This document shows positions 10,098 to 20,234 of a stretch of 64,000 nt of DNA, piece by piece (position 1 is the first letter of the stretch; each line of letters starts with the position of its first letter). The notes below the pieces were generated by a model. It was not told the origin of the DNA. It searched no databases and saw only the letters and a program-made list of their open reading frames with translations. This DNA is from Eubacteriales bacterium (GTDB lineage Bacteria; Bacillota; Clostridia; Oscillospirales; CAG-382), in contig JAZNMZ010000012.1 of NCBI GenBank assembly GCA_045580005.1, positions 6,037-70,036 of the forward strand. Direction: 5' to 3'. The position numbers and the translations under genes are program-made.

Positions 10098-12593
10098 TCA
10101 AACATTTGACGGGTTTACATCTATCGAAAGCGAAACGCTCTCGGGCAGTGACGAAAATTCTGAGTACATTTCACTCAGAAACTGTCGTGTTCTGCCTATA
10201 TTTTTGCATTTTATTATGTATCTTAATCGGTATTTGCCCGAAAGTTTATATACTGTCGCCTCAAAAGGTCCGTATACGATAAGCTTTACATCGCGGTACT
10301 CGAGCTTTGCAAGAGCGTCGAGTCTTTTACCGAACGCCTCGGCTGTGCTTTTTACCTGACTTTCGTTCTCTCCCGAAAAGGTGAAGCTGACAATATCGCA
10401 AAAAGGCGGGAAAACCGCAGCCTTTCTCAGTCTTATCTCCTCGTCATAAAAGGTAGTATAATCCTGCTTTGCCGAAAGGCGCAGTGTACTGTTGTCGGGG
10501 CTGTATGTCTGTATAACCGCTCTTCCCGGAATCTCTGCTCTGCCGGCACGGCCGAGTACCTGTGTTATAAGCGAAAAGGTCTTTTCGTTAGAGCGGTAGT
10601 CATTGAGATACAAAAGAGCGTCTGCAAGAATGACTCCGACAAGCGAAACTTTGGGAAAATCGTGGCCTTTTGTAACCATCTGTGTTCCGATGAGAATGTC
10701 TGCCTCGCCATTTCTGAAAGAACTGAGTATTTCCTCGTGAGCACGCTTACCCGAGGTTGTGTCTGTATCCATACGCAGTATCCTTGCCGAGGGGTAGGCT
10801 TTTTTGAGATTTTCCTCAAGCATCTGAGTGCCCGAGCCGAGATAGCCTATATGCTCACTGCCGCAGACAGGACATATCTTTGGCAGCTCCGAAGAATATC
10901 CGCAATAGTGACAGGCGAGTCTTGAGCCTCTATGATACGCCGAGCCATACTTGTGGTAGGTAAGTGATACCGAGCAGTTGGGACACTGAAAGACTCCGCC
11001 GCACGAGCGGCAGGACACAAAGGAATGATATCCCCTGCGGTTTATAAAAAGCACCGTCTGCTCGCCGTTTGCAAGATTTTTGCGTATTTCTCTGTCAAGC
11101 TCTTTGCCGATAAGGTTTGCACCCAAACCGTCGCCTGTGTTCTCGTAGGCGTTTTCGTTTTTCATATCGTAGATGATAACCTCAGGCAGCTTTGCGGTAC
11201 CATATCTTCTGTCGAGGGTGACAAGGGTGTACTTGCCGATGCTTGCTTTGTAAAAGGACTCGGAAAGAGGGGTTGCCGATGCGAGCAGCATAAGCGAGCC
11301 TGTCTTTGCACATCTCATTCTCGCAATATCCCTTGCATGATACTTGGGAGACATATCCGATTTGAACGAGCTTTCCTGCTCCTCGTCTATAACAACAAGT
11401 CCAAGATTGCTTGTGGGCGCAAAAATTGCCGAGCGGGTGCCGATGACAATATCGGCATCTCCCGAATTTATCTTCTGCCAAGCGTCAAGCTTCTCACCTG
11501 CCGAGAGTGCCGAGTGCACAACGGCAACGCGCTGCCTGTATCTGCCCGCAAATATAGCTATAGTCTGGCTTGTGAGTGCAATCTCGGGCACAAGGTATAT
11601 AACCTGCTTGCCATCCGAGATTACCTTGTCAATAAGCTTTAATATTACATTCGTCTTGCCGCTGCCCGTGATACCGTACAAAAGAGCCGCCTTTGCCTCA
11701 TCCGCTCCATACAGCTGTGTGAGGATATCAAGAGCATTCTGCTGACTTTGCGAGAGAGTAAAATCCTCTGTCGGAGGTATGTCCTCTATTTTGTACGGAC
11801 TTCTGTAATCCTTTACAGATACAAAGTGTGCCATACCCTTTTTGCAAAGCCCCTTTATTACACTTTCGCCAACCTCGCAGATTTCACACAGCTCCTCAAG
11901 CGAGCAAAAACCGCCGAGAGAGGCGAGCACCTCGAGAGCGTGCTGCTGCTTTTCGGTAAGCTTTTCGGAAAAGCTCTCATCATCAGGCTGACAAAGAATC
12001 TCCACAAACTTGCTTGTTTTCTGATTTGTATGGCAGGATACATCGCTGTTTTTTTTGATATATCCGAGCTTTGTCAGAGATGTAACTGCTGTTTTTGCGC
12101 CGTTTCCAAAATTTTCACAAAGCTCGCCGAGCGTCACCTTACTGCCCTGTGCAATATAGTGCAGAATACCGAGTGCCGCCTGGTTGAGCCTGGTATAAGT
12201 TTCATCGGTAATAGCAACTCCGGGGGCAAGGTCATAGTACTCGCCGACCTTTACGGTAATACCTGAAGGCATTACTGTGCGTACCGCCTCGCCGAAAGTG
12301 CAAAAGCACTCCTTTTTCATAAAAAGGCATATCTCAAGCAGATCCTGCTTTAAAAAGAAGTCGGTATCGGGAATATCAGACACAGGCTTCGGAGATTTGT
12401 ATGCGCACTCATCCGACAGCTTTGTGACAATGGCTTTTCTCGGCTTGTTGCCTGTTCCAAAAGGAACAACGGCAAGAGCTCCGACGCGGATTTTTGAGGC
12501 AAGCTGCGCAGGCACAGAATACTCGTATTCCCTGTCGATTTTGTATACAGCGTCAAGAATATATACGCTTGCAAAAAGCTCTTTTTCCTGCAC
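10098..12593 (-). CDS. priA: Primosomal protein N'
   Basis: GITGSGKT, DEEQE, four CxxC zinc motifs, GRAGR. Confidence 0.97.
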   Translation of the reverse strand: MQEKELFASVYILDAVYKIDREYEYSVPAQLASKIRVGALAVVPFGTGNKPRKAIVTKLSDECAYKSPKPVSDIPDTDFFLKQDLLEICLFMKKECFCTFGEAVRTVMPSGITVKVGEYYDLAPGVAITDETYTRLNQAALGILHYIAQGSKVTLGELCENFGNGAKTAVTSLTKLGYIKKNSDVSCHTNQKTSKFVEILCQPDDESFSEKLTEKQQHALEVLASLGGFCSLEELCEICEVGESVIKGLCKKGMAHFVSVKDYRSPYKIEDIPPTEDFTLSQSQQNALDILTQLYGADEAKAALLYGITGSGKTNVILKLIDKVISDGKQVIYLVPEIALTSQTIAIFAGRYRQRVAVVHSALSAGEKLDAWQKINSGDADIVIGTRSAIFAPTSNLGLVVIDEEQESSFKSDMSPKYHARDIARMRCAKTGSLMLLASATPLSESFYKASIGKYTLVTLDRRYGTAKLPEVIIYDMKNENAYENTGDGLGANLIGKELDREIRKNLANGEQTVLFINRRGYHSFVSCRSCGGVFQCPNCSVSLTYHKYGSAYHRGSRLACHYCGYSSELPKICPVCGSEHIGYLGSGTQMLEENLKKAYPSARILRMDTDTTSGKRAHEEILSSFRNGEADILIGTQMVTKGHDFPKVSLVGVILADALLYLNDYRSNEKTFSLITQVLGRAGRAEIPGRAVIQTYSPDNSTLRLSAKQDYTTFYDEEIRLRKAAVFPPFCDIVSFTFSGENESQVKSTAEAFGKRLDALAKLEYRDVKLIVYGPFEATVYKLSGKYRLRYIIKCKNIGRTRQFLSEMYSEFSSLPESVSLSIDVNPSNV

Positions 12594-12749
12594 AAAAATC
12601 CACCTCCTGACGCAAAATCTGCCGAAATCCTCTGAAAAAATAAATCCTTATAAAAAGACATATAAGGCTGCAAAAAGAATTTTTAAAATCCCATTTCACA
12701 ACCTTCGCAAAAATGTCTATTCCGCAATATGCCGCTACCGAAAACCGTG

Positions 12750-13046
12750 TCAGTCCTCAATACCGTTAAGACCTGCCTTGAGAGCTCTGTCAAGTGTTTT
12801 GTCGTCGAGCTTTATGTCGCCCTCATTGAGCTTGTTGATGGCGATCTTTACAGGCTTATCTTCGAGCGCTTCCTTTTTTGTCAAAGGCGCTGCGCAGGAA
12901 GTAATCTTGTCGGCGTCCTCGAGCTTTTCAAGCTCTGCGTTTCCTATGACATTTGTGATATATCTTGCGCTCTTGGCTGTTGCCACTACAAGAATATATC
13001 TGTTGAATTTTCCCTTTGTGAGTTCGCTGATTGATGGTTTTACCAT
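12750..13046 (-). CDS. rpoZ: RNA polymerase omega subunit
   Basis: KPSI..NRYILVVATAKSAR..KPVKIAI; follows gmk. Confidence 0.88.
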   Translation of the reverse strand: MVKPSISELTKGKFNRYILVVATAKSARYITNVIGNAELEKLEDADKITSCAAPLTKKEALEDKPVKIAINKLNEGDIKLDDKTLDRALKAGLNGIED

Positions 13047-13078
13047 AGTCTTTATATCTCCTTAATTTGTTTGCAAAA

Positions 13079-13693
13079 TTATTTACCGTAAAAGTATGTC
13101 GAAAGCTGTCCGTACTGGCTCTTTGGCACAAGAGACGACGCTCTGACTGCCGCAAAGAAATCCGCAACAGCCTCATCCTGCATGCCGCGCTTATTGAATA
13201 TCACATAGTCGTAAAGCAGTGCGGAGGGAACCTCTTTGTCCGCAATTGCAAGGCGCTTTCTTATCGTTTCTTCGTTTTCTGTTGCTCTGTCGCGCAGACG
13301 CTTCTCAAGCTCGTCGCGGCTCTCGGGCGTCATAAATATAAATAATGCTTCGGGCAATGTCTTTTTTATCTGCATAGCGCCCTGCACTTCAATCTCAAGT
13401 ATTACATTCTTTCCGAGGGCAATGTTCTTTTCAACAAAATCCTTGGGCGTTCCGTAATAATTGCCGTTATATTCTGCGTATTCTATAAATCCGCCCTGGG
13501 CAATTCTGTTTTCAAAATCCTCTTTTGTCACAAAAAAGTAGTGCTTGCCGTCAATCTCTCCGTCTCGCGGAGCTCTTGTGGTGGCAGAAACCGAGTATAC
13601 AAAGTCGGGCGCCTTCAACACCTGATTGAGTATTGTGCCCTTTCCCGAGCCCGACGGGCCCGAAACAACTACAAGCTTTCCGCGATTACTCAT
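13079..13693 (-). CDS. gmk: Guanylate kinase
   Basis: [24 protein letters not shown]; start trimmed to MSNRGK. Confidence 0.97.
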   Translation of the reverse strand: MSNRGKLVVVSGPSGSGKGTILNQVLKAPDFVYSVSATTRAPRDGEIDGKHYFFVTKEDFENRIAQGGFIEYAEYNGNYYGTPKDFVEKNIALGKNVILEIEVQGAMQIKKTLPEALFIFMTPESRDELEKRLRDRATENEETIRKRLAIADKEVPSALLYDYVIFNKRGMQDEAVADFFAAVRASSLVPKSQYGQLSTYFYGK

Positions 13694-13949
13694 TTTCTTC
13701 CTCCTCGTCCTCGTCGTCACCCGCAACTCTGTTGGATATGGTCTCAGGCTGTATTGCAGAGAGGATGATATGCTCACTGTCGGTAATTATAACCGAGCGT
13801 GTGCGTCTGCCACAAGTGACATCAATAAGTCTGCCCGTGTCGCGATTATCCTGAATAAGTCTTTTTACCGGTGCGGAATCGGGACTGACAAGAGCCACAA
13901 CTCTGTCTGCCGACACCATATTTCCAAACCCGATATTTATCAGTTGCAT
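13686..13949 (-). CDS. remA: RemA/DUF370 family regulator
   Basis: [37 protein letters not shown]. Confidence 0.93.
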   Translation of the reverse strand: MQLINIGFGNMVSADRVVALVSPDSAPVKRLIQDNRDTGRLIDVTCGRRTRSVIITDSEHIILSAIQPETISNRVAGDDEDEEEENE

Positions 13950-13966
13950 ATCCTTTACCTCCGGAA

Positions 13967-14866
13967 TTATTCTATGTTCTGTATCTGTTCTCTTATCTTC
14001 TCAGCTTCGCTCTTTGCGTCTACTACAAGTGACGCGACCTCGGCATCGTTTGCCTTGGAGCCTGTGGTGTTGATTTCCCTGTTTATTTCTTGCAGGAGAA
14101 AATCAAGCTTGCGTCCCACCTGATTCTTCACACCGGCATTGTCGCCGCAAAGAATACTTCTGAACTGTGCAAAATGGCTCTCAAGACGAACCATCTCCTC
14201 GTCTACCGCAACCTTGTCCGAGAAGATTGCAACCTCTGTGAGAATTCTCGCTTCGTCAAATTCCATGCTGCCGAGAGTTTCTTTTATCTTGGTCGTGAGT
14301 CTTTGCTTATATGCTTCCACAATATCGGGAAGACGAATCTTTATCTTTTCTATTATGCCCTCGAGAGTGTCAAGCTTGGAAAGTACATCCTCTCTCAGCT
14401 TTTCGCCCTCGGTCTTCTTCATTTCATAAAAGCGCTCGAGCGCCTCGGTAAGCGGAGCTGAAAGTGCGCTCCATATCACCTCGTCCTCGGGGTCATCTGC
14501 CTTTGTGAGAAGAAATATGTCCCTGTTTGCGGCAACAGAACTCACTGTAATGTCATCAGCAAGGCCAAACTCATCGCGCAGTGTATAAAGACAGTCGAGA
14601 TAGCTTTTGAGATACTGCTTATTGAGCGAAAGCTCCTGCTCGTCACCGTCTGTGAAATTATCAAATCCGAGAAAAAGCTCAATCTTGCCTCTGCCTGCAT
14701 AATTTGCGATAAGCTGCTTTATCCTCTCCTCAAAACGGAGATAAAGCTTGGGCATCTTGCAGGTGATGTCAAGATATCTTGAATTGACAGATTTAAGCTC
14801 GACTGTCAGTGTTTTTCCCGGTATCGGAGCAGTTGCTCTGCCGTGCCCCGTCATGCTGATTATCAT
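13967..14866 (-). CDS. yicC: YicC/YloC family endoribonuclease
   Basis: [44 protein letters not shown]. Confidence 0.95.
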   Translation of the reverse strand: MIISMTGHGRATAPIPGKTLTVELKSVNSRYLDITCKMPKLYLRFEERIKQLIANYAGRGKIELFLGFDNFTDGDEQELSLNKQYLKSYLDCLYTLRDEFGLADDITVSSVAANRDIFLLTKADDPEDEVIWSALSAPLTEALERFYEMKKTEGEKLREDVLSKLDTLEGIIEKIKIRLPDIVEAYKQRLTTKIKETLGSMEFDEARILTEVAIFSDKVAVDEEMVRLESHFAQFRSILCGDNAGVKNQVGRKLDFLLQEINREINTTGSKANDAEVASLVVDAKSEAEKIREQIQNIE

Positions 14867-14952
14867 ATCTTTGTTTTTGCCTCTCAAAAATTTTATACTG
14901 TCTTTGCAGATATCGACAAATAGCGACAATATCACATGCTACAGTATACTAT

Positions 14953-14981
14953 ATTATAGAATAAAAAAAGCAGTTTGTCAA
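14953..14981 (-). promoter_or_regulatory. Consensus sigmaA promoter of the yicC...thiN operon
   Basis: TTGACA-17-TATAAT on the minus strand. Confidence 0.85.
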
Positions 14982-15024
14982 GGAAATTCTTGTCAAACCA
15001 CTTCAAAAATAAGCAAAAACTACA

Positions 15025-15600
15025 CTAAAAATTCTTTTTTTCCGCTCGGCTTTTGCGGAAGATATATGTGTATATAAGCTCAATCCTGTCAAGGAACATA
15101 TCGTAGACCAACAAAAAAAGATTAAGCACACCGTAAAGGACCGCAAAAACCGCATGATTTGACAATCCGAACGCACTAAATTCGGACAGTATTGCCTCAA
15201 GTCCGTAGATCTTTGCAAAAATCGCAAAAATCACGCTCACGCTGATATTAAACACTGCAAATTTGGGGACAAAAGCAAGAAGTCTTGACTTTATTTTCGC
15301 ATCGCAAAGCTTCTTGAGCGCAGGAAAGTACCCTGCAACAAACACAAAATACCAGGTTGAGCTTGCCACAGGAAGAAAAACGAATGACAAAACCGAGCTC
15401 ACAGCATAAATGACAAGAGAGTATTTTGTGCCAAACTCGACCACTGCCACAAGTATGACAATCGACGAAAGTGCCGCGCAGGTCATATCAAGCAGCTCAA
15501 ACACGCCTCCCACAACAAGCAGCACTGTTGCAAGGGAAGCAAGAATCGCACCGTGCGCCATGCGCAATATTCTATTCTTGTTCCTGTGTTTTTGTGACAT
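15025..15600 (-). CDS. Membrane protein (DUF2232-like)
   Basis: About 5 hydrophobic segments; start adjacent to the upstream stop. Confidence 0.65.
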   Translation of the reverse strand: MSQKHRNKNRILRMAHGAILASLATVLLVVGGVFELLDMTCAALSSIVILVAVVEFGTKYSLVIYAVSSVLSFVFLPVASSTWYFVFVAGYFPALKKLCDAKIKSRLLAFVPKFAVFNISVSVIFAIFAKIYGLEAILSEFSAFGLSNHAVFAVLYGVLNLFLLVYDMFLDRIELIYTYIFRKSRAEKKNF

Positions 15601-15601
15601 C

Positions 15602-16006
15602 TCAAAGCTCCTTAAAAAACTCCACAAGCTCTCCGTCGGGGCCTTTTACAAATGCAATTCTCGCGTCAAAAGTACGCTCTCCCGAGCCGATAGTGACTGT
15701 CTCGGGAGCAATATGCGCTGCCGCTCCTGCCGAGAGTGCAAGAGCATAGGCGGCGTCGACATCATCTGTGCATAGAGCTATATGAGCGTACTTTCCCTCT
15801 GCCTGATAGCTGTCCGAGCCGTTTGCAAAAAGCTCAAGTTTTGCTCCATCTGATATGTCAAGAAGCACTCCTCTGCCTGTTCCCTCTCCCCATGATGCAA
15901 ACTCGCAAAGGCCGAGCTTTTTGTAAAACTCTAAGGATCTGTCAAAATCGCTTGATCTAAGTGCTATATGATGTACACCGAGGCCTGTAATTACTTTGTT
16001 TGCCAT
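15602..16006 (-). CDS. VOC/glyoxalase family protein
   Basis: HHIAL, FYKKLG, HIAL..DDVDA, FVKGPDGELVEF; GGAGAGG RBS. Confidence 0.92.
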   Translation of the reverse strand: MANKVITGLGVHHIALRSSDFDRSLEFYKKLGLCEFASWGEGTGRGVLLDISDGAKLELFANGSDSYQAEGKYAHIALCTDDVDAAYALALSAGAAAHIAPETVTIGSGERTFDARIAFVKGPDGELVEFFKEL

Positions 16007-16137
16007 AATATCCTCTCCATATTTTTTGTGATAGTACAATTATAGCGCCAAAAGGTGTGTTTTACAAGCAAATTTTGTATATTTTTTCTATTGGGGGACA
16101 AAATACCCTCAAAGTATTTTCTTCGGAGGTCGGTATT

Positions 16138-16428
16138 ATGATAAAAGGGTGCGCACGCCGCATGATTATCCTCAAGGACACGGGCAGTGATTTTTTTGAG
16201 GAGGCGTATTTTGTGCTCAAATCCTCGCCCGACACAGGGCTTATCCGCTCGGAAAAGGATTTCGTTGCCGAAGCGAACAGAATAATCGCGTCAAACTCGC
16301 CCGTGTCAAAGAATTCGCTTTCCGTAGGAGGCAAAAAAGGCACATCCCACAGTGAAAAGTCGCTGTTTTTTCTGCTCGGCGCACTTGCAGGAGCCGTATC
16401 AATGTGGGGAGCGTCCATCCTGCTTTAA
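16138..16428 (+). CDS. Small hypothetical protein with C-terminal TM helix
   Basis: GGAGGT RBS, C-terminal hydrophobic stretch, own terminator. Confidence 0.75.
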   Translation: MIKGCARRMIILKDTGSDFFEEAYFVLKSSPDTGLIRSEKDFVAEANRIIASNSPVSKNSLSVGGKKGTSHSEKSLFFLLGALAGAVSMWGASILL

Positions 16429-16433
16429 AGGTC

Positions 16434-16457
16434 AAAGACTGCGGCGCAGTCTTTTTT
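16434..16457 (+). terminator. Rho-independent terminator
   Basis: AAAGACTGC-ggc-GCAGTCTTT plus T-run. Confidence 0.8.
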
Positions 16458-16522
16458 CTTAAAATTAAATGTTAACTTTTCAAAAACAGAGTAAAAATAT
16501 TGTAAACAAGAGCTCCAAACAG

Positions 16523-16551
16523 TTGACAAAATATTTGTTATATGGTAGAGT
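16523..16551 (+). promoter_or_regulatory. sigmaA promoter of the aminotransferase operon
   Basis: TTGACA-17-TAGAGT with TG extension. Confidence 0.65.
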
Positions 16552-16689
16552 TTTTCTGTGGCAATACCAGACACAGAAAGTCTTGTAAACAATATCACAA
16601 CTACAAACTTTCACCCTCTGCAAGCCGATGCAGAGGGCGTTTTATCATTAGCAGTTTTTCAACGAATACTCGGTCGCAGTGAGGGCAAA

Positions 16690-17877
16690 ATGCAATATAA
16701 CATTTCGGACAAGATGGCAGTTATGAAGCCGTCAGCAATAAGAGAAATTTTCAAAAGTCTGGGCTCTCCCGGAGCAATATCCTTTGCGGCAGGCAACCCT
16801 GCTCCAGAATCTTTTCCGGTAAAGGAAATGTCGGAGATTTCATCCCGCATTTTTGCCGAGAGTGCGTCTTCCGCGCTTCAGTACAGCGTGACAGAGGGCT
16901 ACCCCAGACTGCGCACACTCGTACAGAACAGGCTGAAAAACAAATTCAATATCGGCAGCGCCTCGGATATGACAATAATCACATCGGGCGGTCAGCAGGC
17001 AATAGAGCTTGCGTGCAAAGTGCTGTGTAATCCCGGTGATGTCGTTATCTGCGAAAATCCGAGCTTTATAGGTGCGCTCAACGCTTTCCGCTCAAACGGG
17101 GCAAAGCCTGTAGGAGTCGGGCTGTGCGACGACGGAATTGATCTTGCCACGCTCGAAGAAGCTTTAAGAGAGCACAAGAACGCAAAGCTACTGTATCTCA
17201 TACCCACATTCCACAACCCTGCCGGAATCACAATGTCATATGAAAAGAGAAAGGCTGTATACGAGCTTGCGAGAAAATATGACACAATCATCCTCGAGGA
17301 CAATCCCTACGGCGAGCTCAGATTTGACGGAGAGGATATTCCCACAATAAAGAGCATGGACACCGACGGCAGAGTTATCTACTGCGGTTCGTTCTCCAAG
17401 ATTCTCTCGGCAGGTATGCGAGTCGGCTTTGTCTGTGCAAACGAGGAAATAGTGCAGAAGATGGTTGTCGCAAAGCAAGTCGAGGATGTACATACAAACA
17501 TCTTTTTTCAGATGATTTGTGCGGAATTTATTGATAAATACGACCTTGACGCACACATAAGCACCATACGCGCCCTATACTATGATAAATGCCATCTCAT
17601 GCTTGACTGTCTTGACAAATATATGCCCAGGGAAGTAAAATACACCCGTCCCGCGGGGGGACTTTTTATCTGGTGTACACTCCCTGAAAAGATTACCCTT
17701 TCGCAATTTATTGAAGAAACAAAAAAAGCAAATGTTTTTGCCGTTCCCGGTACAGCCTTTAACTGCGATGAGACTGCAGACTCCCGTTCTTTCAGGCTCA
17801 ACTACTCAATGCCGTCAAACGAGGAAATCGAAAAGGGTATAAAAATCCTTGCAGACATCATAAAAAGAAAACTATAA
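16690..17877 (+). CDS. PLP-dependent class I/II aminotransferase (LysN/2-aminoadipate transaminase-like)
   Basis: SAIREI, PTFHNPAG, EDNPYG, GSFSKILSAGMRVG, RLNYS; no HTH domain. Confidence 0.92.
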   Translation: MQYNISDKMAVMKPSAIREIFKSLGSPGAISFAAGNPAPESFPVKEMSEISSRIFAESASSALQYSVTEGYPRLRTLVQNRLKNKFNIGSASDMTIITSGGQQAIELACKVLCNPGDVVICENPSFIGALNAFRSNGAKPVGVGLCDDGIDLATLEEALREHKNAKLLYLIPTFHNPAGITMSYEKRKAVYELARKYDTIILEDNPYGELRFDGEDIPTIKSMDTDGRVIYCGSFSKILSAGMRVGFVCANEEIVQKMVVAKQVEDVHTNIFFQMICAEFIDKYDLDAHISTIRALYYDKCHLMLDCLDKYMPREVKYTRPAGGLFIWCTLPEKITLSQFIEETKKANVFAVPGTAFNCDETADSRSFRLNYSMPSNEEIEKGIKILADIIKRKL

Positions 17878-17883
17878 GGCAAC

Positions 17884-18777
17884 ATGAACAGTTTAAGATC
17901 CAAAGCTTACGGCATTTTTTACATAATACTTGCAGCAGTATTCTGGGGAGTTTTCCCTGTGTTCAATCGTCTTTTGTACGCAAACGGCTTCACAGTTTTT
18001 GAGGCGTCGGCATATAGAGCCTTTTCAGCAGCACTTATATACCTTATATGGGGGGCGGCGTCGGGTGAATTTAAGAGTATAAAAATCAAAAGTCTGCCGT
18101 TTTTTGCATTTTACGGGCTGGTTTCGGTTTTTGGCACATTTTTATTTTATGCTCTTGCAATAAGAGAGCTGTCTGCCGCAATGGCAGCAATGCTTCTTTA
18201 TACCGCTCCGTCTTTTGTGATAATCTTTTCGAGAATAATATATAAAGAAAAAATTACGCCGGTAAAGCTTGTCGCGCTCATTCTCACATTCTGCGGCTGC
18301 TTCCTTGTAATACGGGGCTATGACATATCGTCACTCAAGGTGAACGCACGCGGAATTTTCTACGGACTTATGTCGGGCATAAGCTACTCTATGCTCACTG
18401 TTGTGGGCAGATATTCACTCGCAAAATACTCGCGCCTGCAGAATACTTTCCTGCCGACAATATTTGCTTCACTCATTTTTATGGTGATATGTCCCCCACA
18501 CACTCTTTCAGGTTTTTCGGGGATAAATATTATATACATACTTGCAACCGGAATTATAGGAACCGTCCTTCCGTACTTCTTCTACATGAAAGGACTTTCC
18601 ATAGGGGTCGACGGCGGCAAGGCAAGCATACTTGCCAATATTGAGCCTATTGTTGCAACTGTGTGCGGAACTGTATTCTTCCAGGATTTTCTGGAAATTC
18701 CGCACCAGATTATAGGTATTGCGATTACACTCGCAGGCGCGATTTTGCCGATTATTGCAGACAAAAGCAAAGAATAA
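17884..18777 (+). CDS. DMT/EamA family transporter
   Basis: About 10 TM in two repeats; LLYTAP, ASILANIEP. Confidence 0.9.
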   Translation: MNSLRSKAYGIFYIILAAVFWGVFPVFNRLLYANGFTVFEASAYRAFSAALIYLIWGAASGEFKSIKIKSLPFFAFYGLVSVFGTFLFYALAIRELSAAMAAMLLYTAPSFVIIFSRIIYKEKITPVKLVALILTFCGCFLVIRGYDISSLKVNARGIFYGLMSGISYSMLTVVGRYSLAKYSRLQNTFLPTIFASLIFMVICPPHTLSGFSGINIIYILATGIIGTVLPYFFYMKGLSIGVDGGKASILANIEPIVATVCGTVFFQDFLEIPHQIIGIAITLAGAILPIIADKSKE

Positions 18778-18802
18778 ATTGCCTTTTTTGAAAGGAAAAA
18801 AT

Positions 18803-19600
18803 ATGAAATTTACTGTTTTATGCGACAACTACACAAAGCTCCAAAAGCCGCTCCTTGCAGAGCCGGGACTGAGCATGTACATTGAAGACGGAAACGAAAA
18901 GATTCTTTTCGACACAGGGTATTCTGATGTATTCCTAAAAAACGCAGCAGAGCTGTCTGTCAACCTGCCGTCGGTTGATAAAATAGTAATCTCCCACGGT
19001 CACGACGACCATACGGGAGGTCTCAAGTATCTGTTCCGAAAGGTGCCTACAAAGCACATCGAGGTTTACGCCCATCCTGCGGCGTTCAGACCAAAAACAA
19101 AGGACGGCAGGAGCTTCGGCTCGCCGTATGGTACAGACGATCTCAAGTCGCGCTGTACTCTGCGCCTTTCAAAAGAACCTGTGAAGCTTTCCGAAAAGCT
19201 TACCTTTCTCGGCGAGATACCGACATACCCCGACCTTGAAAAGCGCACGCCGCTGGGCTTTTGCGAGGACAGTGCCGATATGCTTTATGACGACACGGCG
19301 CTCGTATACAACGGAAAAGACGGTCTTACAATTCTCACAGGCTGCTCACACAGCGGCATTACCAACATCTGCGAGTACGCAAAGTATGTGACGGGAGTAA
19401 ACAAAATTCACACTGTCGTCGGCGGTTTCCATATCACCGAGGCAGGTGACAAACTCGATATCGTGTGCAAATACTTTCAAAAAGAAAAGGTGGATATCCT
19501 TTACCCCTGCCACTGTACCTGCTTTGACGCAAAGTGTGGTCTGAGCGGAATTGCAAAGGTAGCCGAGGTCGGCTCGGGCTTCTCCGGAGAAATCGAATAA
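18803..19600 (+). CDS. MBL-fold metallo-hydrolase
   Basis: FDTG, SHGHDDHTGG, GCSHSG, GGFH, PCHCT. Confidence 0.9.
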   Translation: MKFTVLCDNYTKLQKPLLAEPGLSMYIEDGNEKILFDTGYSDVFLKNAAELSVNLPSVDKIVISHGHDDHTGGLKYLFRKVPTKHIEVYAHPAAFRPKTKDGRSFGSPYGTDDLKSRCTLRLSKEPVKLSEKLTFLGEIPTYPDLEKRTPLGFCEDSADMLYDDTALVYNGKDGLTILTGCSHSGITNICEYAKYVTGVNKIHTVVGGFHITEAGDKLDIVCKYFQKEKVDILYPCHCTCFDAKCGLSGIAKVAEVGSGFSGEIE

Positions 19601-19607
19601 AAACAAT

Positions 19608-19637
19608 AAAAAGTGGCTGTAAAACAGCCACTTTTTT
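19608..19637. terminator. Bidirectional terminator
   Basis: AAAAAGTGGCTGT-aaa-ACAGCCACTTTTT. Confidence 0.85.
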
Positions 19638-20226
19638 AGTTTGTTTTTTCAAAAAATTCCTTTGCGGTGATTTTGTATTCGACAACAGTTTTGTACTCGC
19701 CCTTGATGAAAAGAGAGTTTTTGTATGTATCGACATAGGTCATATTCATCTTCTGCATTACGCGCTCGGAAGCGTCGTTGCCCTGCAGAAACCTTGCGCA
19801 TATACTCTCAAGGTCAAAAACCACAAAGCCGAACTTCATCACAGCACGCGCCGCCTCACAGGCAATTCCCATCCCATGATATCCTGGCGCAATGACATAG
19901 CCTATCTCAGCGGTATGCATATTATAATCAAACGAAGTAAATCCGCAGGTGCCTATGAACTTGGAATTTTCCTTATATTCTATTCCAAAATCCCAGAAAG
20001 CTCCCTGTGCGTACTTTTTTTCCACAAGCTTGAGGTAACGGAATGTCTCCTGCTCACTCTTGTGCGGTGCCCAGGTGAGATATTTTGTCACATCGGCATC
20101 CTTCGAATACTCGTACATATCCGAGGAATCTGCAACAGTAATTCTTCTCAGAATAAGCCTTTCGGTCTCAATTGTCGGAATGTTGCGAAAAACTTCTTTT
20201 ACTCTTTTGTCGGTAAGATAGTGCAT
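19636..20226 (-). CDS. RimJ/RimL-type GNAT acetyltransferase
   Basis: IETERLILR, AEIGY, HGMGIA, NDASERVMQK. Confidence 0.92.
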   Translation of the reverse strand: MHYLTDKRVKEVFRNIPTIETERLILRRITVADSSDMYEYSKDADVTKYLTWAPHKSEQETFRYLKLVEKKYAQGAFWDFGIEYKENSKFIGTCGFTSFDYNMHTAEIGYVIAPGYHGMGIACEAARAVMKFGFVVFDLESICARFLQGNDASERVMQKMNMTYVDTYKNSLFIKGEYKTVVEYKITAKEFFEKTN

Positions 20227-20234
20227 AGATATTA

